A stretch of 35,238 nucleotides of DNA from a virus. Positions 9,203 through 18,736 of the stretch are shown in pieces. The position numbers and the translations under genes were made by a program. The notes under the pieces are model-generated. The model saw only the letters and a list, made by a program, of their open reading frames with translations, did not search any database and was not told where the DNA came from. Where the stretch lies: UHGV virus genome UHGV-0365687; one strand, 5' to 3'. Numbering within the stretch: position 1 is the first letter of the stretch; each line of letters starts with the position of its first letter.

Positions 9203-9730
9203 ATGATGCACCTGAAAAATATTAAGGCCGGGAATCCGAAAACACCGGAACAATACCAGCTAACTAAAAAAGCGGGCGTGGTATGGTTCTTTTGCGAAGA
9301 TGGCAAAAACTGGTATGAGGAACAAAAGAATTTTCAGCCAGACACCATAAAAATTGCTTACGATGAGAACAACATCATCGTTGCTGTCAGTAAAGACGTT
9401 TCAACTATTAATCCTGAAGGGCTAAGCATAGTTGAAGTTCCTGATATTACGGCAAATCGTCGCGCAGACAATAACGGAAAATGGATGTTTCTGGATGGTA
9501 AAGTAGTAAAGAGGGAATATACAGAACAGGAACTGCAACAACAGGCCGAATCACAAAAGGCCGCGTTACTTTCCGAAGCAGAAAGCGTTATTCAGCCACT
9601 GGAACGCGCCGTCAGGCTGAATATGGCGACGGATGATGAACGCGCACGACTGGAGTCATGGGAACGCTACAGTGTTCTGGTCAGCCGTGTGGATACGGCA
9701 AATCCTGAATGGCCACAAAAGCCTGAATAA
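9203..9730 (+). CDS. tail fibre assembly protein (alternative, U'-like)
   Basis: [14 protein letters not shown]...; N-terminal ~90 aa nearly identical to the 9759..10292 product, C-terminus divergent. Confidence 0.75.
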   Translation: MMHLKNIKAGNPKTPEQYQLTKKAGVVWFFCEDGKNWYEEQKNFQPDTIKIAYDENNIIVAVSKDVSTINPEGLSIVEVPDITANRRADNNGKWMFLDGKVVKREYTEQELQQQAESQKAALLSEAESVIQPLERAVRLNMATDDERARLESWERYSVLVSRVDTANPEWPQKPE

Positions 9731-9735
9731 AAATT

Positions 9736-9755
9736 AAGGCCCGATATCGGGCCTT
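9736..9755. terminator. palindromic hairpin aaggcccgatatcgggcctt between the two convergent fibre-assembly genes
   Basis: Perfect palindrome read directly. Confidence 0.4.
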
Positions 9756-9758
9756 CTC

Positions 9759-10292
9759 TCATTCTGGTTGTTCGGGAAACGTTACTGGCAGGCAGGAGGT
9801 GTCTGTGGATTCGACTTTCTGCGCATAGAGCATCCACTCGGTTAATTTTTGTTTATTCTCGTCGGAAATGATGCCCATCCGTAGCTGTGAGTCCCATAGC
9901 TGGGTTTTATCCCTGACAAGTTGCAACAGGCTTTGCTTTTCATTCTCTGCCTGCTGCCTCTGTTCCTCCTCGGTATAAGTTCGCTTTATCACTACGCCAT
10001 CTTTGAACATCCATTTACCCGAAATATCAGCCCGGCGATTTGCTGTAATATCAGGTAATTCAACGACGCTTGCGCCTTCTGGATTAATTGCTGAAACATC
10101 CTTTTCAATACAAATAATAACGCCGTTGTGGTCATAGACCATTTTCAACGTATCAGGCTGAAAGTTCTTTTGTTCCTCATACCAGTTTTTCCCATCCTCT
10201 GTATAAAGCCATTTGATGTTAAATTGTTTCGTTAGCTGGTATTGCTCTTTTGTTTTAGGGTTGCCAGCAGTAATATTTTTTAAGTGCATCAT
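9759..10292 (-). CDS. G: tail fibre assembly protein (expressed orientation)
   Basis: 177 aa immediately downstream of H on the same strand. Confidence 0.8.
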   Translation of the reverse strand: MMHLKNITAGNPKTKEQYQLTKQFNIKWLYTEDGKNWYEEQKNFQPDTLKMVYDHNGVIICIEKDVSAINPEGASVVELPDITANRRADISGKWMFKDGVVIKRTYTEEEQRQQAENEKQSLLQLVRDKTQLWDSQLRMGIISDENKQKLTEWMLYAQKVESTDTSCLPVTFPEQPE

Positions 10293-10294
10293 AA

Positions 10295-12391
10295 TTAAAT
10301 ACTCCCCGCGTTATACCACGTTCCATTAATGCAATACTGAATTGGCCTTGCCTGTGTTGTATCAATTAATTCATCACGGTTCCCGTTAACTGACCCCGTA
10401 ACGACATAACCTGACCTGTCAGACCAACCGGGACCATTCCATGTCTGAACAGATGACAGACCGCCAAGGCGAATACCTGTAATAAACCTTGAGTTACATT
10501 CTGCCTGCGTGTATGCACCAACATCTCCCGCAGAGGGTTTGCGGGTCGTGGTGTAAAACTCTGACCAGTCAGCCTCAAATCCATAACCATCACGCGCTGA
10601 ACGATAAAAAATACCGCCGTTCCTGTAATTCACGCGGAACTGTACAGCAGGGCAACTCCCCGCATTCATATTGAAGTGGAGGATTAATGTCGATGCATTG
10701 CTGATATCTGCATCATAAACACCGCTATTCCAGTTCCAGCCAACAGATTTATCATTTGCAACCCTGCTTCCTGTTTGCCCTAAAGCAAATGCAGGCTGCT
10801 GGTTTTTCGTGTTGTAGTCTCGTCGCCAGCCAGGAGCATAAGCATCACCATGATTAATATAAGTGAATTGAGCGTTAGTAATTCCGCCACCGCTGGAAGT
10901 GCTCGGGGTGGTTACACGGATGGTCATGGCACCTTTATTACCCATAACCTCAATAACGCAACCTGCAAGATGAATAGTTCCACAGCCAGTATCGGTAATA
11001 ATTTTATTATTGCCGTATGACCATGAACATTTGCACATCCAGTATGGGTGATTGAATGCCCCTTGAGAATCCAGCCATTCAATCAATTGTGCCGTCGTCC
11101 AGTTCCCTGCACCTGTACTAATAGAACTGTGAAAAGCGCGACATGCACCAATATTTTTTGTGAAGGTATCTTTTCCTGGAATATCTGCGCCGTTCTGGTT
11201 TTTCTGCAATGCGCCTGAAGCCTGATTTATCGTTTCCTGCAAACCGAGGTATTCGATAACGGCGGCAACGGTCGATTTCGCAAGAATATCCCGCCCGACT
11301 TTTGTCAGAGTTGCCAGGCTGGCGACATCATTCCCCGTAAAATACGGAAACCTGTCTGCCGCAGTAGCAAGCCCGGCCAGCGCCGTCAGGGTGGCATCTT
11401 TCGGTTGCTTACCCGCAAGCGCGTTAGTCATGGTGGTCGCAAAATTCGGGTCGTTGCCCAACGCCGCAGCCAGCTCGTTTAGCGTATTCAGTGCGTCAGG
11501 CGACGAGTCCACGAGGGCAGCGATCGCAGCCATAACGAAAGCCGTGCTTGCGATTTGGGTATTATTCGTTCCCTGTCGCGCAGTTGGCGTTGTTGGCGTT
11601 CCGGTCAACGCAGGACTGTTTAAGGGCGCTTTCTTGTTCGTTTCATCCATTACCGCCTTAACCGCTTTCGATGTCGCGGCCAGTGTTTCAGACGTGCTGT
11701 TGGTTGCACTGCTGAGCTGGACTATCCCTTTTCGTGCCGTCGTGGCGTCCTGAGCGGTATATTTTCCGTTAGCCAGGTCATACGCGGCCTTAACCGCTTT
11801 CGGCGTTGCGGCCAGCGTTTCAGAATCGCTGTTAGTGGCGCTACTGAGTTGAACAAAGCCTTTTGCGGTCAGCGAGGCATCCGGGTGACGTCGTGACTGT
11901 TCATGCTCTTTCAGTTTGTCATCCACGTAATCCACTGTGGCCATCACCATGGTGTTATCCACGGTAAGCGCCACGCTGGCAGTGCTGGATACGGTCAGAA
12001 TGGTGCGAAATGTTTGTGCACGTCCGGACCCCTCGGCAACGGTTGGCTTGTAACTTTCGGCAGTATTGCCCACCGCGATTAAATCGCCGTGCTCATCAAA
12101 TACACCAATTTCCCGGATCCAGAATCCGCCCGTTTCAGGAGGAATAACCAGCTCCGCAATAATGCGGTTCTGATGTGTTGCGTCCAGGATGACGCGATTA
12201 ACAGTGTGTCGCCACACCTCATGCACCAGACGGGTCTGCTTACTGTCTGGTGTGGGCAACGTGCCGCCACCGTCGCCCACGGCCATATGAGTCAGGCGGA
12301 CAGGCTTACCATCTGGCGCGGCTGCCTGAGCTAATTTTTTTGCACCCGTATCGGTGATAACGGTTTTAAATTTTCGTGTTGTGGTACTCAT
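10295..12391 (-). CDS. H: tail fibre protein H (constant N-terminal part plus currently joined variable C-terminal cassette)
   Basis: 698 aa; N-terminus and collagen-like repeats resemble P2 H; gix-like site lies inside the gene at the constant/variable junction (LGLQET). Confidence 0.9.
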   Translation of the reverse strand: MSTTTRKFKTVITDTGAKKLAQAAAPDGKPVRLTHMAVGDGGGTLPTPDSKQTRLVHEVWRHTVNRVILDATHQNRIIAELVIPPETGGFWIREIGVFDEHGDLIAVGNTAESYKPTVAEGSGRAQTFRTILTVSSTASVALTVDNTMVMATVDYVDDKLKEHEQSRRHPDASLTAKGFVQLSSATNSDSETLAATPKAVKAAYDLANGKYTAQDATTARKGIVQLSSATNSTSETLAATSKAVKAVMDETNKKAPLNSPALTGTPTTPTARQGTNNTQIASTAFVMAAIAALVDSSPDALNTLNELAAALGNDPNFATTMTNALAGKQPKDATLTALAGLATAADRFPYFTGNDVASLATLTKVGRDILAKSTVAAVIEYLGLQETINQASGALQKNQNGADIPGKDTFTKNIGACRAFHSSISTGAGNWTTAQLIEWLDSQGAFNHPYWMCKCSWSYGNNKIITDTGCGTIHLAGCVIEVMGNKGAMTIRVTTPSTSSGGGITNAQFTYINHGDAYAPGWRRDYNTKNQQPAFALGQTGSRVANDKSVGWNWNSGVYDADISNASTLILHFNMNAGSCPAVQFRVNYRNGGIFYRSARDGYGFEADWSEFYTTTRKPSAGDVGAYTQAECNSRFITGIRLGGLSSVQTWNGPGWSDRSGYVVTGSVNGNRDELIDTTQARPIQYCINGTWYNAGSI
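11232..11259. repeat. gix/cix-like recombination site (right boundary, inside H)
   Basis: gtttcctgcaaaccgaggtattcgataa; 20 bp core identical in inverted orientation to 8297-8316. Confidence 0.7.
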
Positions 12392-12393
12392 GC

Positions 12394-12924
12394 TTAATCG
12401 TCCGGATAAATGGTAATAACTTCACCGTCATAAGTTGCCGCCGCTGCGAAAATACCCCCCGGAATTTCCTGAATGATATTCAGCCCTGTCATGTGGCGGC
12501 TGACCGGACGGGCATCAGCAATCAACCGCTCCATTTCCAGATACATTTCCTCCGTCACGCCACTGTCCAGTGTGCCGACTTCAACGGTAAATGTTCCCGG
12601 TTCTCCGCCGAACTCCCACCATTCAGACACGCGAATGAGGTATCCCAGCGGCTCAATGGCCCTGCGCAGTGCGCTGATGGTCCCTTTGTGTCGGTGTATC
12701 AGCCATGCATCACGAATAACCTGTCGCTTTGTCTCTTCCGGCCAGTTGCGATCCCAGCGGTCAACGGAAAATGCCCAGGCGAGATAGGGCAGCAGATGCA
12801 CCGGACAGGTATCCGGCGACCACAGTGTGTTGAGGTCTACCGGAATGTCTGTAATGCGTGTTCCGACGGCTTCGGCACAACGCATGAAATTGCTGGCTGA
12901 TGGTGGTAACAACGAATTACTCAT
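12394..12924 (-). CDS. I: baseplate assembly protein I
   Basis: P2 I-like; start refined to MSNSLLPP with GAAGGTGG RBS. Confidence 0.8.
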   Translation of the reverse strand: MSNSLLPPSASNFMRCAEAVGTRITDIPVDLNTLWSPDTCPVHLLPYLAWAFSVDRWDRNWPEETKRQVIRDAWLIHRHKGTISALRRAIEPLGYLIRVSEWWEFGGEPGTFTVEVGTLDSGVTEEMYLEMERLIADARPVSRHMTGLNIIQEIPGGIFAAAATYDGEVITIYPDD

Positions 12925-13813
12925 TGCGCCCACCTTCGCTGATGGTGAACGACTCACAGCGCGCCGCCTGTATGTCGCTGATGGACATATTCTGTGTGGG
13001 TTCGATTATCTCCACGCGTTGCACACCGTGCACATGCAGTGCGGCAGCAATGGCGGACAACGCCACGTCCTGACCGATAAGCCCCTGCTCAGCCAGCCAC
13101 TTCCTGAACGACGATTCCGCCGCAGCCAGAATAGGTTCGGATTCCGGACCGGGGTAAAAGTACAGTTTTGCATTCAGCCGCCATGTCACGATTCTGGCGC
13201 TCTGTACGGTCAGGCGGTCGGCCACCGGGCGGGTATCCTCTGCATTCAGAACGGCGCGAACGGTATTAAGCAACGCCTCCGTTGCTGTGCCGTCGCCCTC
13301 AGTGGACAGGATGGAAACCGTCACATTTGCCGGAGACGGACTGATAGCCCGCGCATCACGCACCAGACCGCTGGCGCTGCGGGCAAAATACTCGTATGCA
13401 CCTGACGGGCCAGCAACACTCAGGCCGTCGTACGCCCGCTGCGCCCGCAGTCTCAGCGAGGTGTCACTTTCCATCACTGCGTCGGTGGTATCCGTTGCCG
13501 GAGTGATGGTCAGGCGCTTTGTGTTCATATTGCCCGCGAGGTTGTCCAGGTCTGTCCCGGCGCTGTGGCTTAACATGCAGGCGCGTGCCCCCTCATTGAC
13601 CCGCTGGCGTAACAGCATTTCACGAAACGCTGTTGTCTGGGCGATAACGTTCAGGGGTTCCGATTCCAGCTCCAGCGCGGCGGAGACGGCTTCACGCTGT
13701 TCGGCGGGATAAGCCGCAATCATCATGGCCTTTGTGTCAGCCAGAATTGCCTCAAAGTCAGGCTCCGCGATGATGGCGGGGTCCGGTAACTGTGAAAGGT
13801 CAACGGCGGGCAT
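12917..13813 (-). CDS. J: baseplate assembly protein J
   Basis: 298 aa, P2 J-like, correct position. Confidence 0.85.
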   Translation of the reverse strand: MPAVDLSQLPDPAIIAEPDFEAILADTKAMMIAAYPAEQREAVSAALELESEPLNVIAQTTAFREMLLRQRVNEGARACMLSHSAGTDLDNLAGNMNTKRLTITPATDTTDAVMESDTSLRLRAQRAYDGLSVAGPSGAYEYFARSASGLVRDARAISPSPANVTVSILSTEGDGTATEALLNTVRAVLNAEDTRPVADRLTVQSARIVTWRLNAKLYFYPGPESEPILAAAESSFRKWLAEQGLIGQDVALSAIAAALHVHGVQRVEIIEPTQNMSISDIQAARCESFTISEGGRNE

Positions 13814-13816
13814 GAT

Positions 13817-14167
13817 TTACTCCCTTAGCGTGATGGTTAATTCAACATTCTGCATGGTCTGCATGACAGTGCCCGACAGCGTCGCCCCGGCGCGGCCTCC
13901 CGCTTTCCAGACAACGTCGATGGCATCCAGGGCAATGCGGGGTTCCCATCGTGTCAGCGCAATCACGGCAGCACTCATGCATTGCAGACGCGTGGTGTTA
14001 TTCATGGGTTCGTCAATCAAATCAGGCACAAGGCTGCCATATTCCCGTCGCATAACCCGGCTTGCCAGCGGGGTGGTCAGGATATCCCTGACTGACTGTT
14101 TCAGGTGCTCCATATCGTTCAGGTTTCCCGTCCCGTCCGGATTCATTCCTGTGTAGCGGGTTGTCAC
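13817..14167 (-). CDS. W: baseplate wedge protein W (gp25-like)
   Basis: 116 aa, position and size. Confidence 0.8.
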   Translation of the reverse strand: MTTRYTGMNPDGTGNLNDMEHLKQSVRDILTTPLASRVMRREYGSLVPDLIDEPMNNTTRLQCMSAAVIALTRWEPRIALDAIDVVWKAGGRAGATLSGTVMQTMQNVELTITLRE

Positions 14168-14745
14168 TGCGGGCCTCCTGTCGAATCGCTGCCGCCTTTC
14201 ACGCCACCGTGTTTATGCGTATGCACTGTGATGCCGTTTGAGGTGAAATTGCCGCCGCTGTGCGTGATATTGCCGCTCATCTTTCCCCCTTTTGTGACGT
14301 CAAGCGTCGCCGTTCTCAGAAGGTTTGTGCATTCCACGACGGGCGTGTCCAGTTTCACGCTGACGGATGCCTGTAAAGTGGCCGTTTTCATGCCGCTGGC
14401 GCTCAGTGCGCCTGCGTCCGCGTCGTAGCGGAACACCGCGCCGTCCGGCGCGCTGATCACGATTTCTTTCAGGCTTTTGCCGGGGGCCGGACTGGCATCA
14501 CTCCACAGGCTGCCAATTATCATGGCGGTTTCCGGGTTGCCGCCAATGCAGGCAATTACTACCTGTTCGCCTGGTGATGGCGGCAGCCACACATTGAAGG
14601 CTCCCGCGCGCGTGGTGTTCCAGCGCAGCCAGCCTGTTTCCAGTTCGCCGCTGCGAACGCGCACGCGCCAGGACTTCTCATCAACTTCAGAGATGATCCC
14701 GGTGCGGATGATATTGCTCAGCAGTCGCATGAGTTCTGCGCTCAC
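14164..14745 (-). CDS. V: baseplate spike/assembly protein V
   Basis: 193 aa, position and size. Confidence 0.8.
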   Translation of the reverse strand: MSAELMRLLSNIIRTGIISEVDEKSWRVRVRSGELETGWLRWNTTRAGAFNVWLPPSPGEQVVIACIGGNPETAMIIGSLWSDASPAPGKSLKEIVISAPDGAVFRYDADAGALSASGMKTATLQASVSVKLDTPVVECTNLLRTATLDVTKGGKMSGNITHSGGNFTSNGITVHTHKHGGVKGGSDSTGGPQ

Positions 14746-15386
14746 CGTACAGCCTCCGCAATCCGGCCCAGCACCGTGTTATAAATCAGGCGCTCATCTG
14801 CCTGGCTGATACCCAGCAGCTCACGTACCGGGTAATCGGTGAAAATGCCCGGCGCAACCTGATCGCGCTCACCGAACTGATGAACGCGGGCAATACGTGC
14901 GGCCACGCCGCTGTAACCCACCGTCACACCGGAAGCATCTGCACGGGCTTTCAGGTAGCGGGCGGTGCGCAGTTTTACGAACATGGGGACGCGCTTTGTG
15001 CTGTCCTGGTTGATGCGCCGGGTGCGTATTTCCAGAAAACGGTCGATGTCATCCCGGTAAAACGTGCGGATATTGTTTTTATCCTCATCCCACCCGGTAA
15101 TGGTTCGCCCGTATTTCCCCGTGTCGTGATGCCAGTTTTTCAGCGTGCGTGCTTCGTTATTCCAGATAAAGCGAATGCGTTCCTGTATCCGGGTTACGCG
15201 GCGTCTGCGTGGTGTCCATGCGGTCCCGTCTGGCGCTTTCTGTGACCGGATGCGCGCCTGCTGGGCGCGGCGTAAATCCTGTGCCAGCTTTCTGGCGATG
15301 TTATTGATGGCCTGCTGATTCAGGCTGTCGCGGATGGCCTCAAAGGTTTCATCCACGCGGGTGAATGCCTTATCCATCGCTTTCAC
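14742..15386 (-). CDS. S: tail completion / virion morphogenesis protein (S-like)
   Basis: 214 aa in the S position of the P2 order. Confidence 0.65.
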   Translation of the reverse strand: MKAMDKAFTRVDETFEAIRDSLNQQAINNIARKLAQDLRRAQQARIRSQKAPDGTAWTPRRRRVTRIQERIRFIWNNEARTLKNWHHDTGKYGRTITGWDEDKNNIRTFYRDDIDRFLEIRTRRINQDSTKRVPMFVKLRTARYLKARADASGVTVGYSGVAARIARVHQFGERDQVAPGIFTDYPVRELLGISQADERLIYNTVLGRIAEAVR

Positions 15387-15837
15387 CCCACGTCACATCC
15401 TGGAATACATGCGACCAGTCGCCTTCGGAAGATGGCAGGCGGGGTTTTGGCTCCGGCAGGTGTTCTGCCTGCGGTGTGCCCTGACTGCTGCGCGTGATGC
15501 GAACGCGTTCCCGCAGGGGGAGCGTAAACAGGAGATCGGCGCTGTCATCGTCATTGATAACGGCGGAAAATTTGATGTCCTGATTACGCTCAGGGTTGAG
15601 CAACAACTGTGGCTGATTTTCGGATAACCACGCCAGCAGCGGCAGCGTGAGGTCGTCCAGCTCCCCGGCGTAATCCATGACAAACATCACCATCTGATAG
15701 CGGTAAACAAACGATGGGGTTTCTCCGGTCGTTTCAATGTTGCCGCTCTCCACGAAAATGGTGAATTTTTCCGGGTTGGCCTGACACCATCGGCATGAAC
15801 GGGTCATGGCTTCACGCAGGGAATCAGTTTTCAGCAT
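15370..15837 (-). CDS. R: tail completion protein R
   Basis: 155 aa, P2 R-like. Confidence 0.75.
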   Translation of the reverse strand: MLKTDSLREAMTRSCRWCQANPEKFTIFVESGNIETTGETPSFVYRYQMVMFVMDYAGELDDLTLPLLAWLSENQPQLLLNPERNQDIKFSAVINDDDSADLLFTLPLRERVRITRSSQGTPQAEHLPEPKPRLPSSEGDWSHVFQDVTWGESDG

Positions 15838-16114
15838 GGTTGTTGTCCTCGTTGTTCAGTCGTTGCAGCCTGCGCTGTTCCAGTAATTCAATGGCCCGTT
15901 TATCCGCGTTACAGGTTTCCAGTGCATCCAGAAGGCGGTCGCCCCATATACCGAGATTTCCCCATGTGGGAGCATCAGGGAAGGGGGGAGGCATTACCGG
16001 TATGGTCAGCGTCTGCGGTATAAGCCGGACTGACGGCGCTGGCCGTGGCGCGTTCTGCGTGCCTGCGCAACCTGTCAGTAAAACGAGCGTCAGGCAAAGC
16101 GTGGGCGCATTCAT
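15824..16114 (-). CDS. o-spanin (Rz1/LysC-like outer-membrane lipoprotein), overlapping the i-spanin gene in another frame
   Basis: MNAPTLCLTLVLLTGCAG: signal peptide with LTGC lipobox, Pro-rich body. Confidence 0.65.
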   Translation of the reverse strand: MNAPTLCLTLVLLTGCAGTQNAPRPAPSVRLIPQTLTIPVMPPPFPDAPTWGNLGIWGDRLLDALETCNADKRAIELLEQRRLQRLNNEDNNHAEN

Positions 16115-16382
16115 CTTTTGCAATATCGTTGCGTAGCTGTTCACGTCTGGCCTCTCCGTCCTGATTGCGTTGCTGATTTTCCGCGCGGAGTTGTGCCAGC
16201 ACCTGCTGCATATCCTGTACCCCGGCGCTGATGATATTCAGGGTGTCGACGGTACTTTTCAGGGTGCTGGCCTGCGCTTCGTTTCTGGCGTTCTCCCGGC
16301 CCAGTGACCACGACAGACGCATGGATGCTCCCCAGGCGGCAATCAGAAGAAAAGCGACGCCCAGCGTGGGCCAGAGCTTCAT
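15975..16382 (-). CDS. i-spanin (Rz/LysB-like)
   Basis: MKLWPTLGVAFLLIAAWGA: N-terminal TM segment then coiled-coil; start overlaps endolysin stop (ATGA). Confidence 0.7.
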   Translation of the reverse strand: MKLWPTLGVAFLLIAAWGASMRLSWSLGRENARNEAQASTLKSTVDTLNIISAGVQDMQQVLAQLRAENQQRNQDGEARREQLRNDIAKDECAHALPDARFTDRLRRHAERATASAVSPAYTADADHTGNASPLP

Positions 16383-16771
16383 GCCGGATAAACTCCGTGC
16401 GGTAACTGAAAATGCGGTCCGTCTTTCAGGGTCTTCCAGTCGCCGCCCCATTCCACCGGAATATTCAGTTCCCGGCTGGCCTGTCTGAATGCTGCTGCGA
16501 TTTTTTCGTACAGCGACCATTCCCATGACACCTGGCTGCCGATATAAGCCACAACATCCACGGCATGCCCCGTAAGGTGGCGGCTGTTCATGGTCTGGCT
16601 CTTACCCGTGGCCACCAGTTGCTTCTGGCGGTAACGGCTGCGCAACCCTTCGGTGATACCAAAATCCACTTCCGAGATTTCCAGTGCCCGTCGGGTCACT
16701 TTCACCAGATCAGGATTTACGCCCTGCAAATTCTTTTCGCTCCGGCTGCTGAATTTAAATGTGTTGCTCAT
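16379..16771 (-). CDS. endolysin, peptidase M15 (VanY-like zinc peptidase) type
   Basis: 130 aa with HLTGHAVD and DGPHFQ zinc-ligand motifs; sits between holin and spanins. Confidence 0.75.
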   Translation of the reverse strand: MSNTFKFSSRSEKNLQGVNPDLVKVTRRALEISEVDFGITEGLRSRYRQKQLVATGKSQTMNSRHLTGHAVDVVAYIGSQVSWEWSLYEKIAAAFRQASRELNIPVEWGGDWKTLKDGPHFQLPHGVYPA

Positions 16772-17091
16772 TCGTCCTTCTCCTTCACCCTGCGATTAAA
16801 GGCCGCAATAACCTTGTCGCGTGCTTTCTCTGCCCCCATAAAACCGATTGATGCGCCGATAAACGTCACGGCATCTTCAGGAAAACCGAAGAAGCGCAAC
16901 GACCCGGCCACGGCCATGGCAAGAACGCCGCACGCCAGCGATCCCGTTACGGTCTGAACCAGTGTTCGTCCGTCATAAAGACTCATCAGCGCGGAAATGC
17001 TGACCGCCGCGCCTACTGCATACACCGTTGGCAGGTGGTCAAAGAGCCATGCAATAACCTGCTCTGTGATCCCTGTTTGAATGGTGCTCAC
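16768..17091 (-). CDS. holin (GTG start)
   Basis: About 108 aa, hydrophobic segments and charged C-terminus; GGGGGGAG RBS before GTG 17089-17091; the ORF-track frame extends spuriously upstream into X. Confidence 0.6.
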   Translation of the reverse strand: MSTIQTGITEQVIAWLFDHLPTVYAVGAAVSISALMSLYDGRTLVQTVTGSLACGVLAMAVAGSLRFFGFPEDAVTFIGASIGFMGAEKARDKVIAAFNRRVKEKDE

Positions 17092-17093
17092 TG

Positions 17094-17294
17094 CTACTCC
17101 CCCCACAACTGAATCATTTCTCGTTTCTTCTTCTCCGGCTCCGGCATCTCCACGTCCTGCCCGGCGTCCAGAAATACCTGCTGACAGAGTCCGGGGTTGG
17201 CATCCAGCACCTTTTCGGTGACGCCCTGCGTCGTGCCGTAGTACCGGAAACAGAGCGAATCCACGGTGTCGCCTTCCAGTGCCTTCACTTTCAT
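17094..17294 (-). CDS. X: tail protein X
   Basis: MKVKALEGDT...; P2 X-like small protein. Confidence 0.75.
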   Translation of the reverse strand: MKVKALEGDTVDSLCFRYYGTTQGVTEKVLDANPGLCQQVFLDAGQDVEMPEPEKKKREMIQLWGE

Positions 17295-17797
17295 CAGCAC
17301 AGCTCCGCAAAGATTCGCGGGCGGCGCAGAATGTCAGAGATGGCCCAGCTCACATCGCGCCACAAATCCGATGTCTGTATATCCAGGGCGTCCGCGCGGC
17401 GGTCGCCCTTATCCGTTGTGTCCGCATCGCGGTAACGCTCCAGAATCAGGGCGCGTGTGGCGGTATAAACGGCATTGCGCCAGTGCCAGAGATTGACGCT
17501 TTCTCCGTTAATTACGGGTGCCGGAACATCGGCCAGCGTCTGATGGCCAGCCGCCTGTTGTTCCTGCTGCCACGCTTCCAGCTCGCGGGTAACGTGTGCC
17601 ACGGCCCCGGTGGCGGTATGCAGCAGGCGGGAGGTGGTCACACGGCCCGGCAGTCGTACCGCCAGACGCAGCTCACGCAGCACAATATCCGGCCAGAATG
17701 CACCCGCTGAAATACGGGTATCACCATCATCGGTATCGGTGATGTCGTCCTCTGCGGGGCCGGGGTTGGTTCTGGCAACCATACTCATGGGGTTCAC
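17294..17797 (-). CDS. L: head completion/stabilisation protein L
   Basis: 167 aa, position and P2 L-like sequence. Confidence 0.8.
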   Translation of the reverse strand: MNPMSMVARTNPGPAEDDITDTDDGDTRISAGAFWPDIVLRELRLAVRLPGRVTTSRLLHTATGAVAHVTRELEAWQQEQQAAGHQTLADVPAPVINGESVNLWHWRNAVYTATRALILERYRDADTTDKGDRRADALDIQTSDLWRDVSWAISDILRRPRIFAELC

Positions 17798-17890
17798 TCC
17801 TGAAAAAAATCGGGCGGTGGGTGCGCGGTGTAAACGGTCACGGAGTCAAACCGGAACACCGCGCACGCCGCCCGCTGACGGGGTCAGTCG

Positions 17891-18691
17891 TTAACCGCGC
17901 TTCGCCTTCTGCGTCGCGGTGGTTTTTCGTGTTGCAGGCTTCCGCGTTGTCTTTTTACTTTTGCTGCTTTCGTCCTGCGCCTGCTGTGCGCTGGCGTCTT
18001 CTGGTTCGGCTGCGGAATCGGCTTTTTTCAGGGCGCGGGAAAGGGTTGCAATCTCGCGTTTCACACCTGCGTTCGGGTTCAGGTGCATCGCTTCGCGCAG
18101 CAGCTTCAGTGATAAGGCCATGTTGTCCGCATCGGTCAGGCCACGGCGGGCAAAGGCGCACGCTTTGCATAATTTGGCGCGCACTTCGTCCGGCATGTCC
18201 TGGTCGGTGACAATCTCCCGGAGGGTGTCCAGTGGTTCGATAAAGGCGGACAAATCCGCGTCGGCATCCGTCCCGGCCTGCGTCAGTACCGGGTTGCAGA
18301 TTTCTTCGGTCAGTACCGTGGCAGCAGTACGGCCAAAGTTATCCGGCATGATGAGGTTGTGACGGACCACATACGCACCAATACGCAGCGCAAGCGGAAA
18401 ATCGCCGCAGTCAATTGCCCACACCATCAGCGTGGCAATCACTTCGTCCTGCTGCCCGCCGTCAGCCTCCAGCGTTCCCTCAATCCAGCCGGAAAAGTCC
18501 GGCAACAACTCTTTTTTGATGGCGGCTTTCGCGCTTCTTGCCTGTACGCCCTTAAGCCGGGCCTGTGCCAGACGCAGACGATACAGCACCTCTTCATGCG
18601 CGGTACGCGCGGCGTGGTCCACGCCTTCATTCGCCCGGCCTGCGCGCTGTGCCATCACGTTCTGCCAGTGTTGCTGTGCAGGAGTAATCAT
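17891..18691 (-). CDS. M: terminase endonuclease (small) subunit M
   Basis: 266 aa with basic C-terminal tail, P2 M-like. Confidence 0.85.
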   Translation of the reverse strand: MITPAQQHWQNVMAQRAGRANEGVDHAARTAHEEVLYRLRLAQARLKGVQARSAKAAIKKELLPDFSGWIEGTLEADGGQQDEVIATLMVWAIDCGDFPLALRIGAYVVRHNLIMPDNFGRTAATVLTEEICNPVLTQAGTDADADLSAFIEPLDTLREIVTDQDMPDEVRAKLCKACAFARRGLTDADNMALSLKLLREAMHLNPNAGVKREIATLSRALKKADSAAEPEDASAQQAQDESSKSKKTTRKPATRKTTATQKAKRG

Positions 18692-18736
18692 TTTTTCTCT
18701 CCGTTACAGGCGGGCATGATGCCCGCCGTGAGTTGA

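Larger units (their letters stand above)
8288..11259. mobile_element. invertible tail-fibre segment (Mu G / P1 C / e14 P-segment type)
   Basis: Bounded by inverted gix-like sites; contains two fibre C-terminal cassettes and two fibre-assembly genes in opposite orientation; invertase gene adjacent. Confidence 0.75.
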
